A DNA stretch of 63,518 nucleotides, counting the filler, from Sluysia triapertura (lineage: Eukaryota): NCBI GenBank assembly GCA_046118255.1. It is 5 parts of 5 records of this genome, joined end to end, with 100 filler letters (N's around TTAATTAATTAA, not from the genome) between each part and the next. Parts side by side here need not be neighbours in the genome. Positions count along the whole stretch, not along the records: positions 11,417 to 25,016 come from JBJNIA010029943.1; 4 more parts are not named here. One strand, written 5' to 3'. How positions within the stretch are numbered: position 1 is the first letter of the stretch; every line of letters begins with the position of its first letter. Under the pieces are notes generated by a model. The model searched no databases, was not told the origin of the DNA, and was given only the letters and a program-made list of their open reading frames with translations. Shown in pieces: positions 12,352 through 24,890 of the stretch. The position numbers were made by a program, and so were the translations under genes.

Positions 12352-14169
12352 ATAAAAATAATTTAATAAAATTTTTAAATTTCACATTTTAATAAGATGG
12401 AAAGGTAATGATGATAATGCTATTATAACAGTAATAATAATACAAAATTAAATACGATAATAGGAAAATAATATAATGACAGTAATAATTTTAAAATTAT
12501 AAACTTTAGTTTCTGTCTGCATATTGTTTTTGTGATTTTTGTGACTGTAGTTGTACAGATATGTTGAATTTGAAATGCTTGATTCTTCCTTGATTAGATC
12601 CTGCCAAAACGGACTAGACTCTTCTTATAAGGATAACTAAGACAAAGTGTGAAGCACTAACTGAATTAAGAGCAGCCGATAAGCCTGAATGCACACAACT
12701 ACCAAAGGAATTATTTCGTGATGTGTACAATTCAATTGATTCACATTTTGAGAACAAAGGATAACAAACAAATAAAATAAAATTCTTTTACATATTGAAA
12801 ATTATACAATCTACAAAGCCTTAACTAGGCAGGTGCAACATGTGACCTTAGAGGACTAACGATTGAATACATGTGCTGACGACGAAAATTTATGTATACT
12901 GACGATATTCTTATAATCGTTTTCTAATCCATGAATTTGCTGTTTGGATTTTTATTTTTATAATGAACATGTATACAAATATAATTGTTGCGTTATATTG
13001 CCCTTTATTGGCACTATCTTGCACAGACCTAGAGAAGCTAGTTATACGGGATACTATGTCTATTGTGATTGATTATTTGATTGCCTGTATATGTTGATGT
13101 ACGATTTTAATCTTTAATAACATTTTTAGTCTATTTATTATTCCGAAACTATATATAAGCTAATCGTTTTTCATCCTCACTAATCACGACAATGTTTTAC
13201 AATTTCTAAATTTAAATTTCGTCTTTTTATTAATTTTATTTAATCTAAATTGAAAGTAATTAAATTGATCATCATACCTTTCTACAACCAATTAATACAT
13301 TTTCATAAATTTACTAAATTAGTACACATCAAATTAAAAGCGTCAGTTTCACTATCAATCACTATTAACAGTATAAACACAGGGGTGACTATTTAATTGT
13401 ATTGATTCAAAGACTGAATTTAATACATTCTGATAATGCTTAATCAGATCTAAATAAGTCACATGTTTAAATCAAATCATAGATACATAATTTAATTAAC
13501 TTGCCTGAACTAATATGTATCTGTAAGTGAATCACTTGCATTATTTATTAAGATTACGTTTGGTTTCACATTAAATAAACATTGTGTATTATTATTATTA
13601 TTATTATTTTAATGAAATGGTGCATTTGATATTATGTCTAGTATTGTCTATACATAATATGTAAGAAATTTATATATACAGACATTGTAGTATGCTCTAA
13701 ATATAAACCATGATCTTACAAATACGAATTAATATCAATGCATCATATAATAAAGACTTATGAATCATTAATTTCCACTTGTACTAAAGTATCAATTAGA
13801 TAGCCTCACTTAAGCACAATGTATGCGCACTTATAATTAATAGCACACTGCATTGTTTTTATATTAAATTGTTTATAATTATTAAGTTTATTTAACATTA
13901 AATTGAATTACAATATAGGGTAAAAATTTACACCGTATATGAACATTTAACCGTGCAAACCTAAATAATTACCAATAAAATAAATACAATAATATTAGCA
14001 GTTTTGAAAGGTAATGTTTTGTTCCAGTCCATTCCCTTTATACCTTTTTGTATTAACATATTAATTTTGAATGTTTTAAAACTACTACAAATTTACTTAT
14101 TCGTTATCAGATAAAATATAAAAACGAATTAAACTGGAAGTTTAGGTTTTATAAAACTGTTTATCTAAC

Positions 14170-16196
14170 TGATCTTGTGCCGCATCCCGAGTTAAATCGA
14201 CTCCCGGTCTCATTGTACGATAATGTAAGCGTGTCTGATTAACTTTAAGGAAATTTTCTTTATCGCGAATATCATCTTTAAGAGCTTGAATATTTTTTTC
14301 TTGATCTGCAATTTCTCGACAAGTCTAAACAAAAAATTATATAATTGTAGAATAAAATTATCTGTTGATAAATGAAAGTAAATAATCAATAAACAAACTT
14401 TAACAAGATTATCTTTAATTTTATTACGTTGATCAACATATTGATCAATACGTTTTTGGAACGATATATCAGTGGCATCAGCTTGTCGACGAACGTCTGT
14501 TGCAGCATCATTGACTAAGTTTGCACATAATGCTAACAACTGTTCACTAGCCATTCGTTCATGTTCAGCTCTTACAATATTGTCGTGACTAAATTGAGCC
14601 CATGATTGCGGTGTTGATTGTATCTCTTGATAACGGGCTACACCATGATAAAATTGTTTGTTAGTACTGCTATTTGTGAGAACACGTCCTCGATCATCTA
14701 ATTGTTCAGCTTCATATTTATTACTCCAATCCATTTCAAGAGCTTCTTTAATTTCTCGATTTCGTCTAACAAAAAAAAATAAAATTTTATTTTTAAAATT
14801 TACAATTATTTTTATTTACTTAATAACAGATTTCATTTCCTAAATAAATAATGGTTAAATTTTCAACATAACATTTTGCGTTTTATACCACACTTTATAA
14901 AACTTATTTTTCATTGTCAAAAATCATTTTTATTCATATTCTACTGCAATATTTATTTGTTTTTTCGGTGTTTACATAGTGATTGAAATTTAAATATAAA
15001 TGTCAAACAAAAGATAGCATATTATGAGATTGTGGAATTAAAATTAGACTGAAAAATATAAAACAATGAATAAAACTAATTTGAAAATAAATATATGGAC
15101 AAAAAAGAAAATCATGGAATTTATTAATCAAGGAAATCTTTATGAATTACAGTTACTAGAAAAATATAAATCAATAGATTACAATGTGCGTGACTGCGAA
15201 GGTTATAGTTTATTACATAATTGTTTGTTTTCTTCAATCCGACGTAAAAGTAGTGTATGTTTAATTGAACACATTTTAAAAATGGGTGGAAATCCTATGC
15301 TCAAAGATCAAAAATATAAAAGAGATTGCATAAGTTGGTCAATTGTATATCAATCAATTGAGTTTTTAGAATATTTTTTAAAATATTGTGCTAGTATGCT
15401 AAATTTTTATTCAAGTGATATTAACGGAAATTCTTATTTACATTTGGCAGTAAATACAGGTCAATTGGAAATTGTAATGATAATTGGAGATATTATGAAA
15501 ATTAATTACGTAGATTTTGATCATATTAATAGTGACGGTTTAACAGCACATTTATTATCATATTATCATGGATACAAAGACATTTATGAATTACTTGAAC
15601 AAAAATATGATTTACCGAAATATTGTGTTGACGATATTAATAAACGTTCCAAAACGATGCTTTGTGAAGATGGATTTTTAAATAAACAAAAACAGCGTCA
15701 AGAATGGTTAGTAAGAACGAGAAATAAGCAACGTATTTATGGTAATAATCCTAATAACATCAAATTACCAAAAATCGAATTTATACCTAAAACGAATAGT
15801 AAAACTATTGTATCAAGTGGAAGAATGGAAAATTTTCGAGAATGGTGTTTTGATATAAAATTAAATAAATCTACAGAAGACGATACACCAAATTATTTTC
15901 AAAAGACCAGTTATGAAAGTTTTTTATCTCATTACATGAATTATTATTCAAAACAAATGTTAACGTGTTATCGACCTGACAAAGTTTATGACAAGAAATC
16001 CATCGAATCTTACATTAAATTAACTAATATATTAAATTGTAATAGAAAAAGACGTCAAACGAAAAGTAATTTAAGAAAAAAAACGTGACATTTAATTGGA
16101 TAAAAAATAACATTATATATCTTACCTTATTTGTTTATTGAATTCTTCGATGGTTTTTCTGAGCAAATCTTGTACTTTGTTAAGAACATCTAATTC
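14170..16196 (-). CDS. TEKT4: Tektin (tektin-4-like), three internal exons: 16196-16126, 14765-14399, 14324-~14170; 5' and 3' exons not found
   Basis: Spliced translation ELDVLNKVQDLLRKTIEEFNKQIR|RNREIKEALEMDWSNK...STPQSWAQFSHDNIVRAEHERMAS...NLVK|TCREIADQEKNI...QTRLHYRTMRPGVDLTRDAAQ follows the tektin-4 pattern. RPGVDLTRD is a variant of the tektin nonapeptide RPNVELCRD. GT-AG introns of 1360 nt (phase 2) and 74 nt (phase 0) keep the frame. Confidence 0.9.
15066..16088 (+). CDS. Intronless ankyrin-repeat protein (340 aa, ~4 ANK repeats; possibly ANKRD34/63-like), nested antisense in tektin intron
   Basis: Longest ORF in the window, ATG to TGA. Ankyrin motifs: DCEGYSLLH, DQKYKRDCISWS, DINGNSYLHLAVNTGQLEIV, NSDGLTAHLLSYYHGYKDIYELL. 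Confidence 0.88.
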   Translation: MNKTNLKINIWTKKKIMEFINQGNLYELQLLEKYKSIDYNVRDCEGYSLLHNCLFSSIRRKSSVCLIEHILKMGGNPMLKDQKYKRDCISWSIVYQSIEFLEYFLKYCASMLNFYSSDINGNSYLHLAVNTGQLEIVMIIGDIMKINYVDFDHINSDGLTAHLLSYYHGYKDIYELLEQKYDLPKYCVDDINKRSKTMLCEDGFLNKQKQRQEWLVRTRNKQRIYGNNPNNIKLPKIEFIPKTNSKTIVSSGRMENFREWCFDIKLNKSTEDDTPNYFQKTSYESFLSHYMNYYSKQMLTCYRPDKVYDKKSIESYIKLTNILNCNRKRRQTKSNLRKKT

Positions 16197-17422
16197 CTAA
16201 AATAAATATTTAATATTATTTTATATAAAAAAATTAATGCGTTAAGTTGTGAATCTAACTAAGAAAGAACACTGATTTTGTCTCAAGTTAATTCTAAGTT
16301 AATTGAACACAGATCAATGCAATATAAGAAATAATTGAAAATATTAAGTAATATGTATAAAATAAATTGCCATAGTACAGAGATTCATCGAAATATTTTT
16401 ATCCATACTAGGCTGAACTATATCAAAAGATTCAGCTTAATTAAAATAATTTTAATTGCTATGCTATGGTCCTCTTATTTTCTAACCTACGGCAAAATAA
16501 AATTGAACAGGGTCCGGTTACAGTAAACGTCTTATGTCGTAAAAGAGGGCATTACTGTAATTACACGTTTATTTTGTTACCTTTTCCTTAATAATCAGTC
16601 AATCTGGGTTCGATTTTTAATTCAAAAGTTATAACTATGATGCGATTTATATATTGGCCTGTTACAAACTTTAAATTGAAATGAAAACAATTTAATAAAC
16701 ATAATATTTATTATAGAAATTAAAGTAAATATGATGCAAAGCAAAAGTAAGGAAAATAAAATAAAATAATGTTGTATTTTATAGTTGTGTTTGTAAAAAG
16801 GTTGTAATGTCAACCTAACAGCTACAGCAATAACTATAACGATTATCAAAATACCAAATGGATTATAATACAAAATTGCAGACAAATAAGTATTCACATA
16901 TTTTTATCTTCAAGATTTCAAAACAACTTTTATAATTTTAGAAAAATGGTCTCTTTATACTTTATTTAATATTTTATTATTTTAGATATTCGTGGATTAT
17001 TTTGTTAAATTCAATAACAAACAGAGACTTGTTAAATTTAGTTTACCAAAATATAAATCTAATAATTGGTGATTAAATAAACTTCAATAATTCAAGTATG
17101 CCTTGAATATATCGATAATTTGTCATTATTGTTTTTAATGAATGATTTTTTCTTCATAGTATATTTATTATAGTTATACGAATTACTGTTTATATTATAT
17201 TATATTATACAATCTATTCTACCAAAAATTGTGTAATTTTGACGTATTATAGATAATTTTGCTATATATTGAACTTAGTTATGTTATAGTTTATCACAGG
17301 TACATTACATTAATTTTTGATATTGTCAACATTGTATAATGAAATTATGCAATATTTCATTGTCAAGGTATAAAAGTTAAAAGTTTTAAAATGAAAAGTT
17401 ATAAGAAATAGTAACGAATACA

Positions 17423-17474
<52 letters not shown>

Positions 17475-19439
17475 TAATAATAATAATGTATATAAGTTAT
17501 TATTTATTTTATTAAGTTATTAATATATGTTCTGGGCGAATTTTTAATTATACAATTTTTTTTGATATGTCTACTTGATGTTTTAAGTGAAGTACACAGA
17601 CAAATCCATATTTAATCTATATTTAAAAAAGAAGAAACAGATTAGTATAACAAATAATCTGAGTATCATAGAGGAGCGTCTATCTGAGGTAGGTTAACAA
17701 ATCAACAATATTCTTAATCGAATAGATCATATATTTATAATTATTTAATGGAGTTGCAAGTGTTTTACTATGAAAGAGTTTATCTTACACCTTAGCAAAA
17801 TGTCTGGAAGTCCGTTCGCCTAATAAGTACGACTTAAATCTGTGAAGAAGGATTTTCATGAAGCAATTGTGTAGTATGTTACAGTTTAGAAGTAATTACA
17901 TAGTTCGCGAAAGATTAATCACGTATATGACGAATATTTTAATGTAAGCAAATCATATTTCTTTATTTTATTTTGGAGTCAACTTGTTACGGTCTGACAA
18001 ATAATAGTAGATTTTAAATGTTAAGTTAGCCTGTTACGGTCTGACAAATGATGCGATATTTTAAATTACTCAAAATAATCAAATTAAATAGTCGTTATGC
18101 GATATTTATTAGCAAAACGTAAAATAAAACACTTACAATGACAAAAGAGTTATAACAATAATAAAATAATTATAATAACAAGAGTGATTTTAAACTCTTA
18201 AGATTAAATCTTAGATTCACAATGATTTTGTACTCAATTAGTAAATAAGAGTGCATACGCACTGGTTGGTTAAATGAGTACTTAGTATTCCTCTTGTAAT
18301 AAAATAAAGAGTACGTATACACATAAATCAAGCACTAAGGCCTAGACCATATTATCATAAAAGTCTGCAATCAGAATTAGTGGCTCGTCCACCGGATTTG
18401 AGTATAGAATAATCAAGTAAATTAGAGATTTTGGATGAGTTTTCTTAACTATTAAATTAATTAAATAGTATTTCGGTCCTTCTTAAACTAGGACGAAAAC
18501 AATGTTTTGTCGTCGTACTTAAACCGAAACAGAAATAATTCCGTAAGGTTGAAACTAAATCCCTATATTTTACATCCTGTCTCAACAAGATTTATACAAT
18601 TGGTACGCTTAGTTTAATTGTTTGTAGGGATTAGTGAAAATTACATATTTTCTCTTTTAAATTTGTGGAATGATATATTATAGATTATAAAATAACATAT
18701 AAAATATATAAAATTTATCAAATTTAAAGCGAGTTTTAAATGTAAAATTAAGCATTAAAATTAAATACTTTAGACATTTAAAAGTCTTTATAATAGTTGT
18801 AAATACATTGTTACTTCGATTTTATTCTATATTAAATATAGAAAAACTTAAATAATAAAACTAAGGCCAAGGAATACAGAAAATTAGTTTTAATGGCGCG
18901 TTTATTGAAATAATGAAATAAATGTATTCTTTTGAACTGTTATTCAGTTTATATTCTTTAGTATTTAAATTATGCCAAATAATTGAGANNNNNNNNNNNN
19001 NNNNNNNNNNNNNNNNNNNNNNNNNNNNNNNNNNNNNNNNNNNNNNNNNNNNNNNNNNNNNNNNNNNNNNNNNNNNNNNNNNNNNNNNNNNNNNNNNNNN
19101 NNNNNNNNNNNNNNNNNNNNNNNNNNNNNNNNNNNNNNNNNNNNNNNNNNNNAATGATCCTGACACTTTATTATTCTTGTTTATTTCTTTGTTATTCTAT
19201 AATCTTCTTCATAATCATTCTTCTTTCGTCATAAACATTCTATTTTATTTTACCTGGACTTGGACTTTTCTGGTAATTTTGCATTTAGTAAAATTTTAAT
19301 TACAAGTTTCCATTTTAACTTCTTAAAAGCCTTTTTACAACAATTATTACGTACAATATTATTACAATATTTTTCTATATTTCTCTGAGTCTTTTATTTG
19401 GTATTATTACTTAGCCTAACGGTACTTTTATTCCTACTA

Positions 19440-20316
19440 TTATTTTGATTGTCGAAATCGTGTCCTGCATTAAGTGGCCATCTTGGTAACTCTTAGAATT
19501 GAAATTATTGTCATTATCGTCGCTAAAACCAAAATTATTATTGCCTTTAAAGGCCTGATAGTTATTATCTCCTCTGCAATCCACAAGGATTAGTAATCTT
19601 ATTAAATTATTTCCACTAAAATTATTTCATCTGAAGTTAAAATTAATAATTAAAACTATTACTGTTGTTTATCCAATCACTGGTTCTATGTTAATTAAAA
19701 TTACTATTAGATCCAAATCAAAGTTATGTTTCTTACATTCTAATCTTGAAATTCCATTTTCTTAAACTTTCTATTTTCATAACTATCTACACAATCACTC
19801 ATGTAAAGTAAATTATCTTTTTTTCGGCTTGAGATTTCTCGGTAACTCTAAATTTCTTAAAAATATCTTTAAACAGTAAATTAGTAATTAAACTTACATA
19901 AGCTCTTTGCTTTGAATGTAACCATTTTTAATTTATAAACTAAAATTGAGCCATAGTCCTGCATACCAAAGATTTTAATGCACATGTGAATTCATAAACA
20001 GTTTTTGTTTTCTTACATTAAGCATTTTAAAAATAATATATATCTAAATTTAAAGAGCTATATCTTCAGTAAAAACATTAATAAATTTTTGCCAATTTTG
20101 TTTATGTTTATTAGCAATCAAAATTACTCCGTTTAAATAATTTCGTATGCGTTTAATTTTGTCGGTTTCGTTCCACTCGTTTACTTCTGCTATATAATCG
20201 TGCTGAAAAAGAAAGTCTCTGAGATATTTTTCTGCATCGTTAAATTTACGTAATCCATGGAGTGGCATTGCAAGCCTTATATATTTACCAAATAAAGGCC
20301 TATAGTCTAAATTCAT
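19440..20316 (-). mobile_element. Degenerate LTR-retrotransposon (Gypsy-like) gag remnant
   Basis: FLFQHDYIAEVNEWNETDKIKRIRNYLNG resembles a gag capsid N-terminal region. It is followed by an N-rich linker and a decayed knuckle-like GHLMQD near 19480. Confidence 0.5.
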
Positions 20317-23300
20317 TTATGGATAAAGTAGTTTCTTGGAAGTCTTTTATTATTTTCCTTTGTAGTGTTCCTCCATGTAGTCAATACCCCACATTTCTGT
20401 GATGATTAGTATGATAAGATAGATTATTTTTATGTTTATTTAGAAATAGCTTCCTTACTCATCGTGAATTCTCTATGATACTGGACTTACTCACTGAAGG
20501 GCCAGTACATAGATTTGCAGCTTAAGAAAAGAGAGATACGACTGGAGGTATATATTTATATTTAAAAATCCCCCTAAACTTGCTTTGTTATTCTATTATA
20601 GAAATAATAAACACACTAAATTTTAATATACAAATCAATTAACTTCGAACAAAAATATTATAGTGCAAGTAGATTACTCAAAACTATTTAACAAATATAT
20701 TTAATAACAAAATGTCAATAAATTATAAATCAATAAGACTGTTATATTATAAAGTTCACAATAGAGTTAAATAAGTATAACGATACTTATGAGAACTTAA
20801 TGTCTAAACTTTATAAAAACCAATATTAACGATATACACAATTTGATATTTATTTAACATTAATATTACGTTAAAAATATTTTAAAAAATTATTTTATGT
20901 TGTAATAAAAATTACTGATTTTTTCTTTTATACTATTATTTTAAGTATATTTTATATTAATAATCAAAATAAACTTATAAAGATAAAAAACTAACGATTT
21001 ACAAAGATATTAATTTTTAGCCTCAATAAATCAAATTGTCTTCAGTAATCAATCGTAAGGATCAAAATTTCTTCAATTGTTGACCGTAATACTAAGAATT
21101 TCTTCTATTATCGACCGTAACATTATTTATTCTTCGTAGTTAATCTTCAAACCAATTTATAACCTTACTCTCAGAGTTATATCAATTTATAAAAACTATC
21201 AAAATAAAACTTATATTTATACTTTATTGTTACCAAGGAATGTAAATATTAGTGGTATATAATAACAATACAATTTTTCAAATAACACTTTTTAAATAAT
21301 AGTTTTATAACGTTTTTATACAATTAAATATATTTAAATATTTTATAAATTATAATTTTTGAAATAATAAATAAATATTTTTAAATATTCTATGGTAATT
21401 TCAATTATAATACTATTAATTTTATTAATTTCACTTATAATAATAATAAAATGGTAAAATAATTTAATAATAATAGTAAACTGTACCTTTACATTTCCAT
21501 AAAACACAAATATAAACAATTAAAAACTTCTCAAAGAACTTTATCATTGTCAAATAAATAAATTATTCTAATTATGTCACTTAATCTCAATTCAACTCAT
21601 CTTTACAAAAGCTTTATCATTTCCCATTCTCAATCTCAGTTTTGCTTTATCTATATGTAAAATTTCTTACTGAATACTAAATCAATTACTTTTCAATGGC
21701 TATGGATTCATTAATGTTGTACATATAAATGTATCATGATAGACTCATCATTTTTTAGTTTTAATATTTTTACTACAAAGTTAATCGACCACAGTAATTG
21801 GCAAATCAGTTTTTTATTAAAGTATTGTTATTTGTACGGACATGATAAGTTTCTAAAAATTGACTACCAAGTTAATATCTTAACGTTATTGTTGCATATA
21901 TATGTAAATATTAAAAAAGTATAATTAAAAATTGTTAATCGATATTAGTTGTCTTAAGTAAAATGCCAACATCGCCTTTACCTTACTTCTGTGAACAGAT
22001 TATTACATAACTGTTTGATATCTAGAAGTTTTAACGATTATTTTAAGCTGATAAGATTTGGAGACAATCAATTATAGCTTCAGCTCAAAAATTACTATCT
22101 GATATGTTTTGGGTCAGTATGAATTTTTACATTACAAAAGGTATAGTATCTCCTTAATTTAATGTTTATGAAACTAACCGTTAATGGCTGATCTATCATT
22201 TCATAATATTGCCGTCTCACTTAAGCAAGAACGTCCATTATCAACCGTTATAATTGTAATGATATAAATTTAATTTTTTCGTTGCGATAATATAATGATG
22301 TAAATTTATATTATTAAACATATTTTTGTAAATTTAAATAACGTAAATTTGTAATATTGAAAACATATTTTGTAAATTTAAATAGATAGTTTCTGTTATA
22401 TTGTTATATTTTATTAATATTTTTATATTATTATAAATAATCAAATTAAGTTCGATTTTCATGGAGTTTATAAATGTGACTTTTAAAACATAAATTCCTT
22501 ATCGAAAATTCTTTTTGATCATCCCTCCTGTCCATTATATACTCAAACCTTATTATATTGTTTTCTTTACTAGCATGCATCTTTCGCATTCATTGACTAT
22601 ATTAAATGTTACTTTTTACAAAACTTTTGGAACAGATCTCTTAATCATTCTTTGTATTACCTTTATATTAATCTAACTGAACATCGACTCTTCATTCCGT
22701 CAATTCCGTTCTAACTAATAATCACGACTATGTTCATAATTCTCTATCATCCACAACAAATGAAATCCAAGTTAAATGTTTAATACAATCAACAAAAATG
22801 TACATACTTAACTATGAAGATTTATAAAATCCTCGACCATCCAAATCAAATAAAACCAAAAATGACCTTGTAACTCAAATAGTAAAATCATATACCACAA
22901 ATATAACTAATTTACTAAATCCTTATTAAGTTTTATTAAATTTTTCATCTGTTGTTATAAACTTATAATATCAAATGCATACTTAAGTGCAAACATATAT
23001 AAAAAACGAAAAATATCAATAAAACTTATAAAAAGTATGATACTTTATCAATAAATTCAAGGAATCAAAATCAAATATCAATAACTTAAAATCAAATCAA
23101 ATTCAAATGCATAACTTATAAAAAGTTATTAATAAAAGCTTAATTATTATCAATAATTTATTCAAATTCAAATAACATCTTTTTGAAAATAATCTTATTT
23201 TAACTTTAATATTAAATAAATCGGGAAACTTCTACCAAAACTTGTTTTGTGGTAATAATATGTTATTTCTATATGTATTATGTTTTAATTTATGATTATA

Positions 23301-23511
23301 TGAGATAAAACATCGGTTAACAAAATTAATTTACTTAGATTTATCACAATTAGAGAAAATTCAAAATTAATATTATAATTATAATTTATTATGATTCTTG
23401 TTACTAAAGTAAACTCAAATTTATTAAATAATAGATAAACATAAAAGTGACGACTAAGTTGATTTATTTTATTTAAATTTTTGTAAAAATTAGTTAATTT
23501 TTGGATATAGT

Positions 23512-24524
23512 TTACATATTTCTTGAATACGCCTGGACGTAGCTATGATTGGAATTCTAAAAAATACAAATATACAAATTGATTTATACCAGAGTAAATT
23601 AAATTAAATTTCAAAATTACTTTTAATTTTTTCTGGTTCGCCGGATCAAATGATGTTACTGCCAAGCTTGACAATATATCATTATTTCTGTCATAGTGAG
23701 TATGGAATTTCGATGTAGAACCAATAACATCTCTAATATCATAAACTTGATGACAGTATTTGCAATTTCTACCATACCGGGAACATTTGCCAGTCTGTGC
23801 AGTTCCTTAAAAGCAAATAGCATCTTGTAGTGTTTGTCTTCGTTAGGATAAATCTGTGGATTTGCATTGAAAGGTATAGCAGCACCATAAAAAATTTTAA
23901 AATGACTAGGTTTTTATTTATTGTTTGACGCGTGGGTCTTAAATAATGTTACTTGACTTGTCATGACAAGATAACTAATTTGTGGATCGTTAGGAATGCA
24001 TTAGTAAGTTTTTGTATAACTTCATCATCAATTGTTACAATTAATCTAAGAATCCTTTTATCCTTTTAGATTTTAACATGATTTACAATTACTAACATGG
24101 TTTCTTTGTTACTTTTACAAATCATAATAAGTTCTTTTGGCCGAACTGGATAAAAACGCGTAATTAAACATCTTGTACTAATATCGTATACCTGCACTGA
24201 ACTAACATAGAATTCGCTAATTTCGTAATTCGAAATGTTTGTAATTTTTTGTTGTACTATAAATGATTTATGAAACATACTATGTAAAACTAATTTTTTA
24301 TTAACAGATTTCATATTTACTGAATAATTATTCTGCTATTTACTGTGTTGCACTACACTAAGTTCATCTTCAAATTTACTATCTTTTAATTGCTTAGCAT
24401 TAACAAAATAAACAACATAACGAATTTCAAAATTATCTTTTTTACCAAAGTCGAGTAATGGATTTCTATCACCATATTTGGATAACATATACAACGGGAA
24501 ACTAAATGTCTTTTCTATATTCAT
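23512..24524 (-). pseudogene. CCCH zinc-finger family copy 3, disrupted
   Basis: AICF*GTAQTGKCSRYGRNCKYCHQVYDI (finger 23815-23750, with an internal stop). 64-nt GT-AG intron 23620-23557; last exon NSNHSYVQAYSRNM*. Upstream ORF pieces 24524-24336 and 24314-24066 are in the same frame, separated by one stop. Confidence 0.62.
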
Positions 24525-24754
24525 TATTGGAAATCAATGATCATGAATATTACTGTTAAAATAAAAATGTCTCACAAAAAGGTAAGTAATTAATTCTATC
24601 GATTTTTTAATTTATATTTTATAAATTTTACAAACTGAAAATAGTTTTTCTAGTTAATTATAAAAAGTAAGTGTGTTATTCTGTATCTTTTAATTTTATT
24701 GGCTCACAAACAAAAATCATGGTTTTCGATTTGTTACAGAAAACTGGTTCTCAT

Positions 24755-24890
24755 GAGTGATTGGACGTCCAGGATTGCATGTTAATGATAATAATAGAAA
24801 TGAGACTGATCGGACGTCCAATGAGGTCAGAGTTAATGCAGTATACAGTAATAAAATAGTATGACAAGCAACTGTCATCGGTGACATTTT
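24755..24890. promoter_or_regulatory. Homologous putative promoter block upstream of CCCH copy 3
   Basis: TGATTGGACGTCCAG (24758) and TGATCGGACGTCCAAT (24807), then ACTGTCATCGGTGACATTTT (24871-24890), which resembles one arm of the 4029-4090 inverted repeat. Confidence 0.42.

Noticed and set aside
13300-13860. Possible TBC-domain relic or last tektin exon
   Set aside because: Multiple stops, motif order inconsistent with TBC, and no tektin C-terminal similarity.
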